Below are positions 37,270 through 46,097 of a stretch of DNA of 64,000 nucleotides, in pieces (the first letter of the stretch is position 1; the number at the start of each line of letters is the position of its first letter). The notes below the pieces were generated by a model. It was not told the DNA's origin. It saw nothing but the letters and a program-made list of their open reading frames with translations, and did not search any database. The position numbers and the translations under genes were made by a program. Source of the stretch: a virus; IMG/VR virus record IMGVR_UViG_3300029908_000007, positions 1 to 64,000 of that record; one strand, given 5' to 3'.

Positions 37270-38254
37270 AAAGCCCGAAGGCGAACAGATCGAAACTATT
37301 TCTTCTGAAGCACCTTATATTCAGGAATCTTTCGATTTAAATCGAATGGACGCTTTTGTAAAGAGTTTAGGTGTTCTCCTAACTCATTGGAAAGCCACGC
37401 CTTCACCAATTGGCTTAAACGATAAAGGCGACTATCGTAGAAATACCGGGCAAGTCGATGTTATGACTAGCAACGGCTATATATATAGTTTGGCAGGACT
37501 ATTCGTTGGTGTTATGACTGGAAACAGCAAAGACCAGCGGCGCCCTGTTGAAGGCGGATTGCTAGACTCAGCGCAGGCCAACCTAATACTACCCAGGTAT
37601 TACGAGCGCAAACAGACCAACGACGTGGCTTGCGGCGAAGACGGCTGTGTTGTTGATACCGATAAAAACGAAAGAATCTATCTCACCCCCGGAGATAGGT
37701 TATACTACGGTGATCCACAAGCCGACGACTTAGTGGTTGGCAAAGAATTGATGAATTTTGAGATCGACAAAGACACCGTTCCCATGTACCCCATTATTAA
37801 GATGGACGCACCTATCGTTGATTCTCGCGGAATTTCATATCAACAGAACATCGATTTCGTCATCACTAATTGCGGCGACATTCGGTGGATAGAAGGAAGG
37901 CCAAATCCGGGTATTGATCCAAGTACTGGAGAAGGCAGGACATTTTCGGCCCGCTACCTTTATAAAGCGTTTTACTACGTCACCTCTATCTTAAGAGAAG
38001 TTAGGATCACCAACACCAGCAAGTTTGGCGAGCCGAGCTGCGACAACCAGGGCCTGAGAAGCGCGGAACGCATGCCGATGTTTGTGCAACTAACCCGTGA
38101 ATACCTCTATCACAACATCAACAAGGGTTCGGAGACCAATAAAGCACCTCAAAAAGGTGCGGAACTCAGACAGACCGTTGAACCCCCTAGTACGGTTCCA
38201 ATACAGACTGGAATTGTTAGGGTAGAAACCACGGACCTCGATTTTGATGAATAA
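37262..38254 (+). CDS. Neck/head-closure-like structural protein
   Basis: Position among neck genes; Y...DF.I...G.I.W...P...FSARY pattern. Confidence 0.5.
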   Translation: MNKKPEGEQIETISSEAPYIQESFDLNRMDAFVKSLGVLLTHWKATPSPIGLNDKGDYRRNTGQVDVMTSNGYIYSLAGLFVGVMTGNSKDQRRPVEGGLLDSAQANLILPRYYERKQTNDVACGEDGCVVDTDKNERIYLTPGDRLYYGDPQADDLVVGKELMNFEIDKDTVPMYPIIKMDAPIVDSRGISYQQNIDFVITNCGDIRWIEGRPNPGIDPSTGEGRTFSARYLYKAFYYVTSILREVRITNTSKFGEPSCDNQGLRSAERMPMFVQLTREYLYHNINKGSETNKAPQKGAELRQTVEPPSTVPIQTGIVRVETTDLDFDE

Positions 38255-38336
38255 TTTAAAAAGCTTAAGGAAATCGGTATCCTGCAGGCTTTAAAATAAA
38301 GCAATGAATCTTTAATTAGTAAAGGAAAACAATAAC

Positions 38337-38807
38337 ATGGCCAACGTTTCAAAGCGCAATATTCCAGGTAATCAAGTTCAGGACCCCTCAGCCATTGGTA
38401 TCTTGACATACTCAGACCAAGCGGGCTCAGTAAAGACATCAGAAGTCGGCAGAAGTCTAGCGCCTCTTGGCGATGGCGCTGGTGGATTTACCACCGATGC
38501 TTCAACGGCGCGTATTTTACCCGGTGCTGGCCAAAATCTTGCCATTTATAATAAAAGCGGAACCGTACAATCGGTTACGGTTAGTTCTAGTGGCTCGACA
38601 ACGGCTTTGTCAATTGGAGCAACCAATGCAGCTGGCAATGTCGGCGTCGCGTGTACTCCTAATTCCTGGACTTACGTTGCTTGTAATCAATCCAACTGGG
38701 TCGTCACGGATTCCTCTAATCTGGTCGTATATTTAATCAATGATTATTCCAGCATCCAAGCCGTGGCACCGGTTTTGGTCAGCCAACCCAACTATCCTCA
38801 GCTCTAA
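38337..38807 (+). CDS. Hypothetical virion protein
   Basis: AATCTTTA motif plus AAGGA RBS. Confidence 0.65.
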   Translation: MANVSKRNIPGNQVQDPSAIGILTYSDQAGSVKTSEVGRSLAPLGDGAGGFTTDASTARILPGAGQNLAIYNKSGTVQSVTVSSSGSTTALSIGATNAAGNVGVACTPNSWTYVACNQSNWVVTDSSNLVVYLINDYSSIQAVAPVLVSQPNYPQL

Positions 38808-38811
38808 TTAG

Positions 38812-39738
38812 ATGAAACCGAACGCCGAGTACTTTCTCAGAAAGACACTTGGAGAAGACCTTAAAGAGTCGTTAGGCGAAGTCCTATCTAAGTCCGAAGT
38901 CTATAAGCAAGGTACTCGTACTATTACCGATACCGACGATCTTTTTCAAGGTCTTCAAATCGTTCCACGAGCACTACTAAGTCTTTTGGTTAGAGAGTTG
39001 TCTCCCATGCAAATCGGAGAAAATAAAGAAATTCGCATTCCAGGAAAAGAAGACACCACGGTTCAGGTTACCAAGCATGAGCGTGATTCCTATAGTGGTC
39101 AAATAATTCAAAACAACGTTAAAATCAACGACTTTATGCACCGCTCATTACCGGGTTTAGGTTTGGTTTTGATGACAATGCTAGAACTATACGACTTCGA
39201 AGATCTCAAAGAAACTCCTTCCGCCGACCACTCCCATATCAACAAGCTCATCGACGAACGCATGCATCTTCACTCCCTCATCAACCAAGTCGTAGATGGC
39301 AAGCTCATGCACCGCGACGCCGTTGAACAGCTTCTCATGACCAAGCTAAATCAGATGGGCACCGAACATAAAGAGATTAAAGAAGAACACAAAGAAATCA
39401 TGAAGCCCGAAGAACCTAAGGCAACAGTGGTTATTAACATCGAAACCGCTAAAAAACGTCGTCCGTTATCGGAATTCGTGGAAAATCGTAAAAAGAAACT
39501 TGCCAAGAAAGAGCATTTTATAGAAATGAAAAAATCCGAAGAAATTTCATGCCCGGATTGCGGGAACGTTATTTTTTCTGAGGGTGCTTACAGCGGCTGT
39601 ATTTGTTTTGGTGATAGCGATAAAAAGCTTTATGTTAAAAAATCTGAAAACGGCTATATGGTGCGCCCTGGTCGTGGGTGGGATGAAGAGAATCTGGAAA
39701 TGCTTTTGGAAGCTTTGAGGGGTAATAAAAATGGGTAG
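38812..39738 (+). CDS. Hypothetical protein with C-terminal zinc finger
   Basis: CPDC...CIC; LSKSE, MKKSE, VKKSE motifs. Confidence 0.7.
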   Translation: MKPNAEYFLRKTLGEDLKESLGEVLSKSEVYKQGTRTITDTDDLFQGLQIVPRALLSLLVRELSPMQIGENKEIRIPGKEDTTVQVTKHERDSYSGQIIQNNVKINDFMHRSLPGLGLVLMTMLELYDFEDLKETPSADHSHINKLIDERMHLHSLINQVVDGKLMHRDAVEQLLMTKLNQMGTEHKEIKEEHKEIMKPEEPKATVVINIETAKKRRPLSEFVENRKKKLAKKEHFIEMKKSEEISCPDCGNVIFSEGAYSGCICFGDSDKKLYVKKSENGYMVRPGRGWDEENLEMLLEALRGNKNG

Positions 39739-40480
39739 CGGCGGCAAGAACAGACTATCCGTTGAAGAAGTTGAGCGGAGGGTTCAACTTGCTCATGGTG
39801 GCATGGTTACAATGGTCGGATCTACCTACAAAGGTATGCTTAAAAAAGCATTGTTCGTCGACAAGGATCATGGGGAATGGTGGACAAAACCGGGTGACGT
39901 AACATTTAAGAAATCGGGCCATCCCTTAAGATCTTTAGAAAAATCAAGAAATACCTTTACGAGTAAATACGGTATTGGTATCATTAATGCCAGTCAAGTA
40001 GAAGAAATAAAAGAAAAAAAGAAAGCAACTACATTCAAAAACCATGGTGTTAAGCATCCTTCTCAGAGTAAGGCGATCAGAGAAAAGGCTCAAAACACGA
40101 CCCTAGAAAGGCATGGGGCTTTATTCCCGTATCAATGTTCAGACATTGCTCTCAAGGCCGCAAAAAAAGTAAACAATCCCAGTACAAAAATTCATTGGAA
40201 AACCGGAGAAGAACTATTTTGTCAAGGCGGATATGAAGCCAAAACTGTTGACTATCTTAATGCCAACCAAATTAACTTCGAATGGCAGCCCAAGACATTC
40301 AAAATGCCTGATGGTAAAACATATCGTCCTGACCTATACCTGTCTGACACAGGCATTTGGGTTGAAATAAAAGGCTGGATGAGAAAAGATGCTGAGTTAA
40401 AGTGGGACTGGCTCAAATCTGAATACCCTAACGCAGAACTTTGGAATCAAAAGAAACTAGAAGAAATGGGGATATTGTAA
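39731..40480 (+). CDS. PD-(D/E)xK homing endonuclease
   Basis: T..K.HGV.HPSQ repeats; YRPDLY...WVEIKG. Confidence 0.8.
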   Translation: MGSGGKNRLSVEEVERRVQLAHGGMVTMVGSTYKGMLKKALFVDKDHGEWWTKPGDVTFKKSGHPLRSLEKSRNTFTSKYGIGIINASQVEEIKEKKKATTFKNHGVKHPSQSKAIREKAQNTTLERHGALFPYQCSDIALKAAKKVNNPSTKIHWKTGEELFCQGGYEAKTVDYLNANQINFEWQPKTFKMPDGKTYRPDLYLSDTGIWVEIKGWMRKDAELKWDWLKSEYPNAELWNQKKLEEMGIL

Positions 40481-42150
40481 TGGATACTAATACGTCCCAG
40501 CACTTAGTCTTCGCCGGAGATGGCGATAACATTGGTCAAAGACACGCTCGGGCCATTTTGTCCGATGACATCGCTCAAGTAAGAGAAGTTTCGGAACATA
40601 TCACCGAAGGAAATAATTTTGTAAGAGACTTTGTTGAATCCCATGGGGGCGAATGGATTAGTGGCGGCGGCGACGAATTCTCATTTATGGCTCCTCCTGA
40701 GTTTGTGGAGCTTCTCGATCAGCTCCGAAAAGATTATGAATATATAGTTCAAGCCACACTATCCGTTGGATATGGAGATACTATCTCTCAAGCCGGTAAA
40801 GCACTTTTGGTTGCTAAAAGTCGCGGAAAAGATCAAGTCGTACAGTACGAAGATTCGATGGAAGACGAGCTTCAGCGTATCGGTGAAGAAGAAAATTCTC
40901 CCGACGCAGAAGCAAAAAAAATAAAAGGTGTACTTACTAGCGATAACGGCACGCAAGCACAAGAACCTGGAAACGCGCCTCCAGAATCTGACAAGGTATT
41001 GCCAGAAGGATCTGACGCTGCTGTTAACGAACCCACTTCTTGTGAGCCACCAGTTGAAGATAATAATAACGGATATGATTCGGGTTATAAAAATAGCAAT
41101 CCCACCACTAGAAAAGACTCTTATAGAGCCGAGGATATGACTCCTCCTACGATTGCAAAACCTAACCTAAAACAGCAAACGCCGGTCAAAGAAGCGGTTT
41201 CTACCGATATTCAAGAGACCAACCGTCAAATGAATGAAGAACCCGCCAATCCAGATGAAGAGGCTCCTATGATTGAAAAACCAGCACCAAAAGCATACCA
41301 TGGACAAGCTGAGGGCGACGAAGAAGTCCCACAAAGCAATGTTCCACAAAGTGAGGCTCAGCCTAGAGATAACGATAAACCCGGTGATCTTAAATATGGA
41401 CCCGGCGAAGGCGAACAGATTCAGCCCGAAGCCGATGTTCCCGTTGAAAACGCTACCACAGATGAAGCCGAAGCCACTGAAGACCAGGACATGGAAACCA
41501 AACATTGTGAGAGCTGTACTTGCGCAGATCACAAAGACGCAGAAACTACTTTGGACGAACACGTTGACAATGCTCAGGATTTTGAAAATACCTTAGATGA
41601 CGGCCAACCTGAAGGCGCGGAAGAAACTTTAGACCAGCACATCGATAATGCCACCGATATGCAAGATAACATGGATCAAGATGGAATTAGTCGTCCCGAA
41701 GACTATGACGATAAACGCGAAGACATGGGACTTAGCGAAGAAGACTCCGGCGAACCCGACCTAGACGGCGTTCTTCGCGATGGACTTGATGAGCACGCAG
41801 AAAATATCCAGAAAGAAAAAGTTGTCAACATGGTTGGAGAAGCCCTGGAAGGATTCAAGAGTCAGAAAGCAATTCTCGATAAAGCGAAGGAACAAGCGCC
41901 AGAATTGTACGCAAGTTGCATTTCCATGTTACGCGCTATGATCGAACTCTGCTCATTGGCTGGAATCAACGATGGTGAAGCCGAACAAGAAGTTAATGAA
42001 ATCGAAGGTCAGAGTACTGCTCCAGAAGAAACTCCTGGAGAAGAGGGTACGCCAGCTGAAGCCCCTGCTGAAAGCGCATGTCCTAGTTGTGGAAAACCTC
42101 ACGATGAAGCGGCTCCCCAGGAGGGGCCGCCTGGAGCCCCACAGCAGTAA
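40480..42150 (+). CDS. mCpol (minimal CRISPR polymerase/GGDEF-like nucleotide cyclase) domain fused to a long acidic region
   Basis: FAGDGDNIG...GGEWISGGGDEF...TLSVGYG...AGKALLVAKSRGK in the first ~120 aa; TAATG coupling to the upstream gene. Confidence 0.85.
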   Translation: MDTNTSQHLVFAGDGDNIGQRHARAILSDDIAQVREVSEHITEGNNFVRDFVESHGGEWISGGGDEFSFMAPPEFVELLDQLRKDYEYIVQATLSVGYGDTISQAGKALLVAKSRGKDQVVQYEDSMEDELQRIGEEENSPDAEAKKIKGVLTSDNGTQAQEPGNAPPESDKVLPEGSDAAVNEPTSCEPPVEDNNNGYDSGYKNSNPTTRKDSYRAEDMTPPTIAKPNLKQQTPVKEAVSTDIQETNRQMNEEPANPDEEAPMIEKPAPKAYHGQAEGDEEVPQSNVPQSEAQPRDNDKPGDLKYGPGEGEQIQPEADVPVENATTDEAEATEDQDMETKHCESCTCADHKDAETTLDEHVDNAQDFENTLDDGQPEGAEETLDQHIDNATDMQDNMDQDGISRPEDYDDKREDMGLSEEDSGEPDLDGVLRDGLDEHAENIQKEKVVNMVGEALEGFKSQKAILDKAKEQAPELYASCISMLRAMIELCSLAGINDGEAEQEVNEIEGQSTAPEETPGEEGTPAEAPAESACPSCGKPHDEAAPQEGPPGAPQQ

Positions 42151-42364
42151 GCCCGAAGCTCAGGCCGAGGGCGCCGTAGGATCGGTTAAGAAATTGCCGA
42201 CTAAACATTCTACACCACATATTCCCAAAGAGACCACTCCGGTTGGAGGCGTCAATGCTAAAGGCCAGAAACGCTATATCGATCCCTCTACGGGAAAAGA
42301 TGCTTACATCGACATGAAAACCCCTAGAGTTAAGGGACCAAGAGGTCTTCCCGTAAAAGGCTAG
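42104..42364 (+). CDS. Small basic protein overlapping the end of the mCpol gene (start uncertain)
   Basis: Fills the gap to 42366; +1 frame relative to 40480..42150; weak RBS. Confidence 0.5.
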   Translation: MKRLPRRGRLEPHSSKPEAQAEGAVGSVKKLPTKHSTPHIPKETTPVGGVNAKGQKRYIDPSTGKDAYIDMKTPRVKGPRGLPVKG

Positions 42365-42365
42365 C

Positions 42366-43214
42366 ATGCTAAAATTCAATATTGACCCCAAAGATATATT
42401 GGCTGCATGTAAGGATTCCCAAGAAGAGGTTAAAAAAGCCTTAACTAAAGGTGTAAAAGATCTCGCAGTTGCGGCTCAAGGACATATTGTCGAACTTGCT
42501 AAAGGCGAACTGAGTCCGGCTTTGTTTAAGATCTTTAAGGGTGACCAAAAAGAACCCACACTTCGCATAGATACTATTGACGCCAATACCCATGTTATAA
42601 CCTTATCGGGCTCTGCTTACTGGATTGAAGAAGGCATTGAGCCGGGCAGTGATATGAAAACGGACAAGTGGCTTTTTAAATCTAAAAAGACCAGAACTTC
42701 TAAAGAAGGTTACCGCTATTTATTTGTACCATTTGAACATTCAGCACCTCCTAGCACCCAGACCGGCTATGAAAAAGGCCTAACCGACCGCGTTAAGTTC
42801 GAACTCAAGGCTAAAAACAAACAACGTAAACAGAATGGCCTATCTCAGATTCCTTGGATGGGGATAGAAAGAGATGAGCATGGTAAACCCAAAGAGGGTT
42901 TGATCCATGAATTTGATTTCAAAGGCACCAAAGCAAAAGATAGTTGGACATCTAATCCATTAGAACGTTTGAGGGTCTATCAAGCCGTTGAAAGAGATAA
43001 AGAAGGAAAAGCTAAGCTCACTAAAGGCGGCAAAGAAAAAGTAACCCGATCGTGGATGACGTTCCGTACTGCTTCCGAAAATCCAAAAAGTAAAGATAAG
43101 TTTATACACCCCGGTTATACCGGCAACAAGTTTATGGATAAAACTAAAGAATGGGCTGAAACCGAATTCTACGGCAAAATCCTACCTGACATTTTTGCGA
43201 AGTGGAAGGACTAA
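42366..43214 (+). CDS. Neck/tail-completion protein (HK97 gp10-like)
   Basis: AYWIEEG...DMK...RYLFVPF...FRT.S...FIHPG. Confidence 0.6.
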   Translation: MLKFNIDPKDILAACKDSQEEVKKALTKGVKDLAVAAQGHIVELAKGELSPALFKIFKGDQKEPTLRIDTIDANTHVITLSGSAYWIEEGIEPGSDMKTDKWLFKSKKTRTSKEGYRYLFVPFEHSAPPSTQTGYEKGLTDRVKFELKAKNKQRKQNGLSQIPWMGIERDEHGKPKEGLIHEFDFKGTKAKDSWTSNPLERLRVYQAVERDKEGKAKLTKGGKEKVTRSWMTFRTASENPKSKDKFIHPGYTGNKFMDKTKEWAETEFYGKILPDIFAKWKD

Positions 43215-43215
43215 T

Positions 43216-44229
43216 ATGGGTGGAATATTTCAAACCGACGCACTGCTTAAGACCATACTTGAAGAATCTCTGCAGGATGTTAAGAATAATCTGTGGCTTG
43301 TCGAATACATATTAGAAGATTTCACTCAAAACAAGTTCTTGCGCACAAAATTTGGACAAAAGCAAATCGCTGCTGCCAAAGAATTCTTTTTAAATAACAA
43401 TGTCAATGTTCAGTTACAGTTCTCCAAAGATAAAGAGAAATTCCCAGCTATCTTCTTAACGATGGGCAGTAGTAATGAATTTCAAGAAAATCGCACCATG
43501 GGCGACGTTGGAGAAAGAAATATCATTTTACAGCCGTCACAGGTTGGTTTAAAAATACCTTATGTGGTACCACCCTTTATTCCCACAAGTTTTGATGTCG
43601 CCACAGGAACTATCGGGGTCCCTGAAGGAATTGATCTCATGCCAGTTTCTCCAGGCATGGTCGTACTGAATCCTGAAAATGGTAACGGCTACCCAGTAAT
43701 CAGTATTAACGGTCAAAGTATTATGGTTCAAGCCGGGATCGAATTAGACGCGTCCCAACTCGGGGTTGTTCCTCAATATCGTTATTTCCAATCCCGTCTG
43801 GGACGTTCATTCTTCGAAGAAACCTGGGCCATGACTATTGCAACGAATGATCCTCAGACGTTGCTTTGGCTTCATAGTTTGGTAGTTTACACACTTCTCA
43901 GATATCGTGAGTTTTTTGAACACAATGGCTTTTTGGAAACCAAACTGAATAGTACCGACATTTTTACTCCCGAGTTTAGCAATGCCGGTGGCGAAGAAAT
44001 CTACTGTAGACAAGTTACCATGAGCGGTCGCGTAGTCCAGAGCTGGATTCGTGGTCTTCATAAGAAAATCGAATCCGTTCTTATTAGAGATATTAATCCT
44101 GCCGCTGTTACTTTAGCCGATCCTTCAGGCTATGTCGGCGGCATACGCATCGTTAGTAACCTAACAACTCCTCCTCTTCAACAGAATGATACGACCTATT
44201 TTACCGAAAATCCGGAAGACGAAGAGTAA
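43216..44229 (+). CDS. Tail terminator/completion-like protein
   Basis: Upstream of the sheath; FPAIFL motif; AAGGA RBS. Confidence 0.5.
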   Translation: MGGIFQTDALLKTILEESLQDVKNNLWLVEYILEDFTQNKFLRTKFGQKQIAAAKEFFLNNNVNVQLQFSKDKEKFPAIFLTMGSSNEFQENRTMGDVGERNIILQPSQVGLKIPYVVPPFIPTSFDVATGTIGVPEGIDLMPVSPGMVVLNPENGNGYPVISINGQSIMVQAGIELDASQLGVVPQYRYFQSRLGRSFFEETWAMTIATNDPQTLLWLHSLVVYTLLRYREFFEHNGFLETKLNSTDIFTPEFSNAGGEEIYCRQVTMSGRVVQSWIRGLHKKIESVLIRDINPAAVTLADPSGYVGGIRIVSNLTTPPLQQNDTTYFTENPEDEE

Positions 44230-44501
44230 TGAAACTACCCAAAACCCCCAAACTCGGTGCTACTTTGGGCTCGACTCTGGGTACAACTTTAGGTACGCCC
44301 GCCGCTAGTGCTCCTAAAGACATAACCAAAATTGGTAAGCAAGGTGTGGCTGCGAAAATGCCAAAGCCAAAAGCGCCACGCGATGCATTTGCGCCGCCAA
44401 GCGTGTTTTTTGGGAAAAGTGAAGATAAGCCAAAACATCTAAGTGTCTGTAAATTAAAGGATTTTATTGAACATAAAATGAAAAAACGGGCTCAAAAATG
44501 A
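44229..44501 (+). CDS. Small basic low-complexity protein
   Basis: TLG repeats; FGKSE motif. Confidence 0.6.
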   Translation: MKLPKTPKLGATLGSTLGTTLGTPAASAPKDITKIGKQGVAAKMPKPKAPRDAFAPPSVFFGKSEDKPKHLSVCKLKDFIEHKMKKRAQK

Positions 44502-44537
44502 TTAGGGAATCAATCTTTATGTGTATAAGGGGCAACT

Positions 44538-45224
44538 ATGGCCGAAAACAATAAAACAGTTTCAGCACGCGATGCAATTCTAGCCGTTCTCGCCAAGGCC
44601 AAACAAGTCCTTGAAACTTCCGATCTTGTTAAATCCGAATACAAGACTGAAAATTCCCCTAAGCCCGGCGTTAAGTATGGCAAAATTGAAACCGCTCAAA
44701 AAGCGACCGAACGCGATTATAAAGAATATGAAGTGAAATCAGGTGGTTCCAAGGATTCTACCGGCCCTCGTGTTGCTAAGCAAATTTCTCCAAGTGGTAA
44801 TCCAAAAGAAGAAGCTGAAGGCAACAATAAGCCCGATGGCATGGAACCCCACTACGAGTTTAAAGACAAGGTTGCCGGAGAATTGGCTAAAGAAAAGAAA
44901 GCTTTAGGCAAGGCTGAAAATCCAGATAAAGAGCAAGACGCTGCGCTTGGTGAAAAAGTCGAGAACGACGTCGAAGAACATTTTAAAGAAAATGCAGGCG
45001 CTGAACGACAAGAAGGACATTCTATGGCTAATCCTGAAGATAAGACCGACAAAGCAACAACGATTCCAAGGCTGATTTTGTCGGCTAAACTATCGAAATT
45101 TATGGAATTTCGCCACGCAAAGAAAAAAGCTCAAGAATCCGCCGCCGCCGTAGGATCTCCAGCCGCTTCTGCTCCAGCCCCAAGATCGACCCAGGATAGT
45201 CAACCGGACACAAAGAAGATATAA
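44538..45224 (+). CDS. Charged low-complexity (internal head-like) protein
   Basis: LVKSE, LGKAE motifs; AATCTTTA upstream. Confidence 0.65.
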   Translation: MAENNKTVSARDAILAVLAKAKQVLETSDLVKSEYKTENSPKPGVKYGKIETAQKATERDYKEYEVKSGGSKDSTGPRVAKQISPSGNPKEEAEGNNKPDGMEPHYEFKDKVAGELAKEKKALGKAENPDKEQDAALGEKVENDVEEHFKENAGAERQEGHSMANPEDKTDKATTIPRLILSAKLSKFMEFRHAKKKAQESAAAVGSPAASAPAPRSTQDSQPDTKKI

Positions 45225-45226
45225 TA

Positions 45227-45823
45227 ATGAAAACCTGTTCGAAGTGCGAAATCACAAAAGACCTTGAATGTTTTGGGAAAGCTCCCCAAAACAAAGACGG
45301 TCTTAATGGGCAATGCAAAGAGTGTAGAGCCGCTTATTTACTAGATTATAATGAAAAAAACAAAGAAAAGGTTATGGCGGGTCAAAGAAGATATTATAAA
45401 GAAAACAGGGTAGAGATTATAGAAGAAAAAAAGATCTATCGTGCTTTGAATTTAGAAACTATCAAACCCAAAACCAATGCTAGACTCAGGGCTAGAAGAA
45501 AAAATGATCCTCAATTTAAATTGGCAGCTAATTTAAGAGGACGTCTTAATATGGCTATTAAAAGAGGGTACAAGGCAGGTTCGGCGGTAGATGATTTGGG
45601 ATGTTCTGTAGAATCTTTTAAATCTTATATAGAAGGTCTACTCCAGCCGGGCATGACATGGGCTAACTATAGCCCAAGAGGATGGCATTTGGATCATAAA
45701 GTCCCCTTGGCTAGCTTTGATTTAACAGATAGAGAACAGTTTTTGAAGGCTTGTCATTACACCAATTTACAGCCTTTGTGGGCCGTAGACAATATTAAGA
45801 AAGGTGACAAAATTTATGGCTAA
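45227..45823 (+). CDS. HNH homing endonuclease
   Basis: CSKC...CKEC; GMTWANY..WHLDHKVP...HYTNLQPLWAVDN. Confidence 0.9.
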   Translation: MKTCSKCEITKDLECFGKAPQNKDGLNGQCKECRAAYLLDYNEKNKEKVMAGQRRYYKENRVEIIEEKKIYRALNLETIKPKTNARLRARRKNDPQFKLAANLRGRLNMAIKRGYKAGSAVDDLGCSVESFKSYIEGLLQPGMTWANYSPRGWHLDHKVPLASFDLTDREQFLKACHYTNLQPLWAVDNIKKGDKIYG

Positions 45824-46082
45824 GAAACAAACTCAAGCCGCAGAGATGACTCTAGAAGAAGCGAAGGCTTTTCGAGCTGCTTTAGCTCGTCCCCAAGAAA
45901 AAACTTTGTCCGGTAAACAAAGACGCGAAGCTTTTAAAGCCTTTTGGGCCCAAAATAAAAAAGCCTACGGCATGACCAATAAGCTAGAAGAAATTCTTTG
46001 GCTTCATATGGTTGCCACTAAGAACGATGAACCCGCTAATTTCGAAGCCGGTTTAAAACATTTTGGAATCAAGAAAGTTTAA
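45816..46082 (+). CDS. Small conserved pre-sheath protein
   Basis: Immediately upstream of the sheath. Confidence 0.6.
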   Translation: MAKKQTQAAEMTLEEAKAFRAALARPQEKTLSGKQRREAFKAFWAQNKKAYGMTNKLEEILWLHMVATKNDEPANFEAGLKHFGIKKV

Positions 46083-46097
46083 TAGGGAGAAATACAA

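Noticed and set aside
40480-40850. Canonical diguanylate cyclase or a type III CRISPR locus
   Set aside because: GGDEF is present, but the surrounding motifs (DGDNIG, short ~115-aa domain) fit mCpol rather than DGC (D.D.FK..ND..GH); no cas genes or array are in the window
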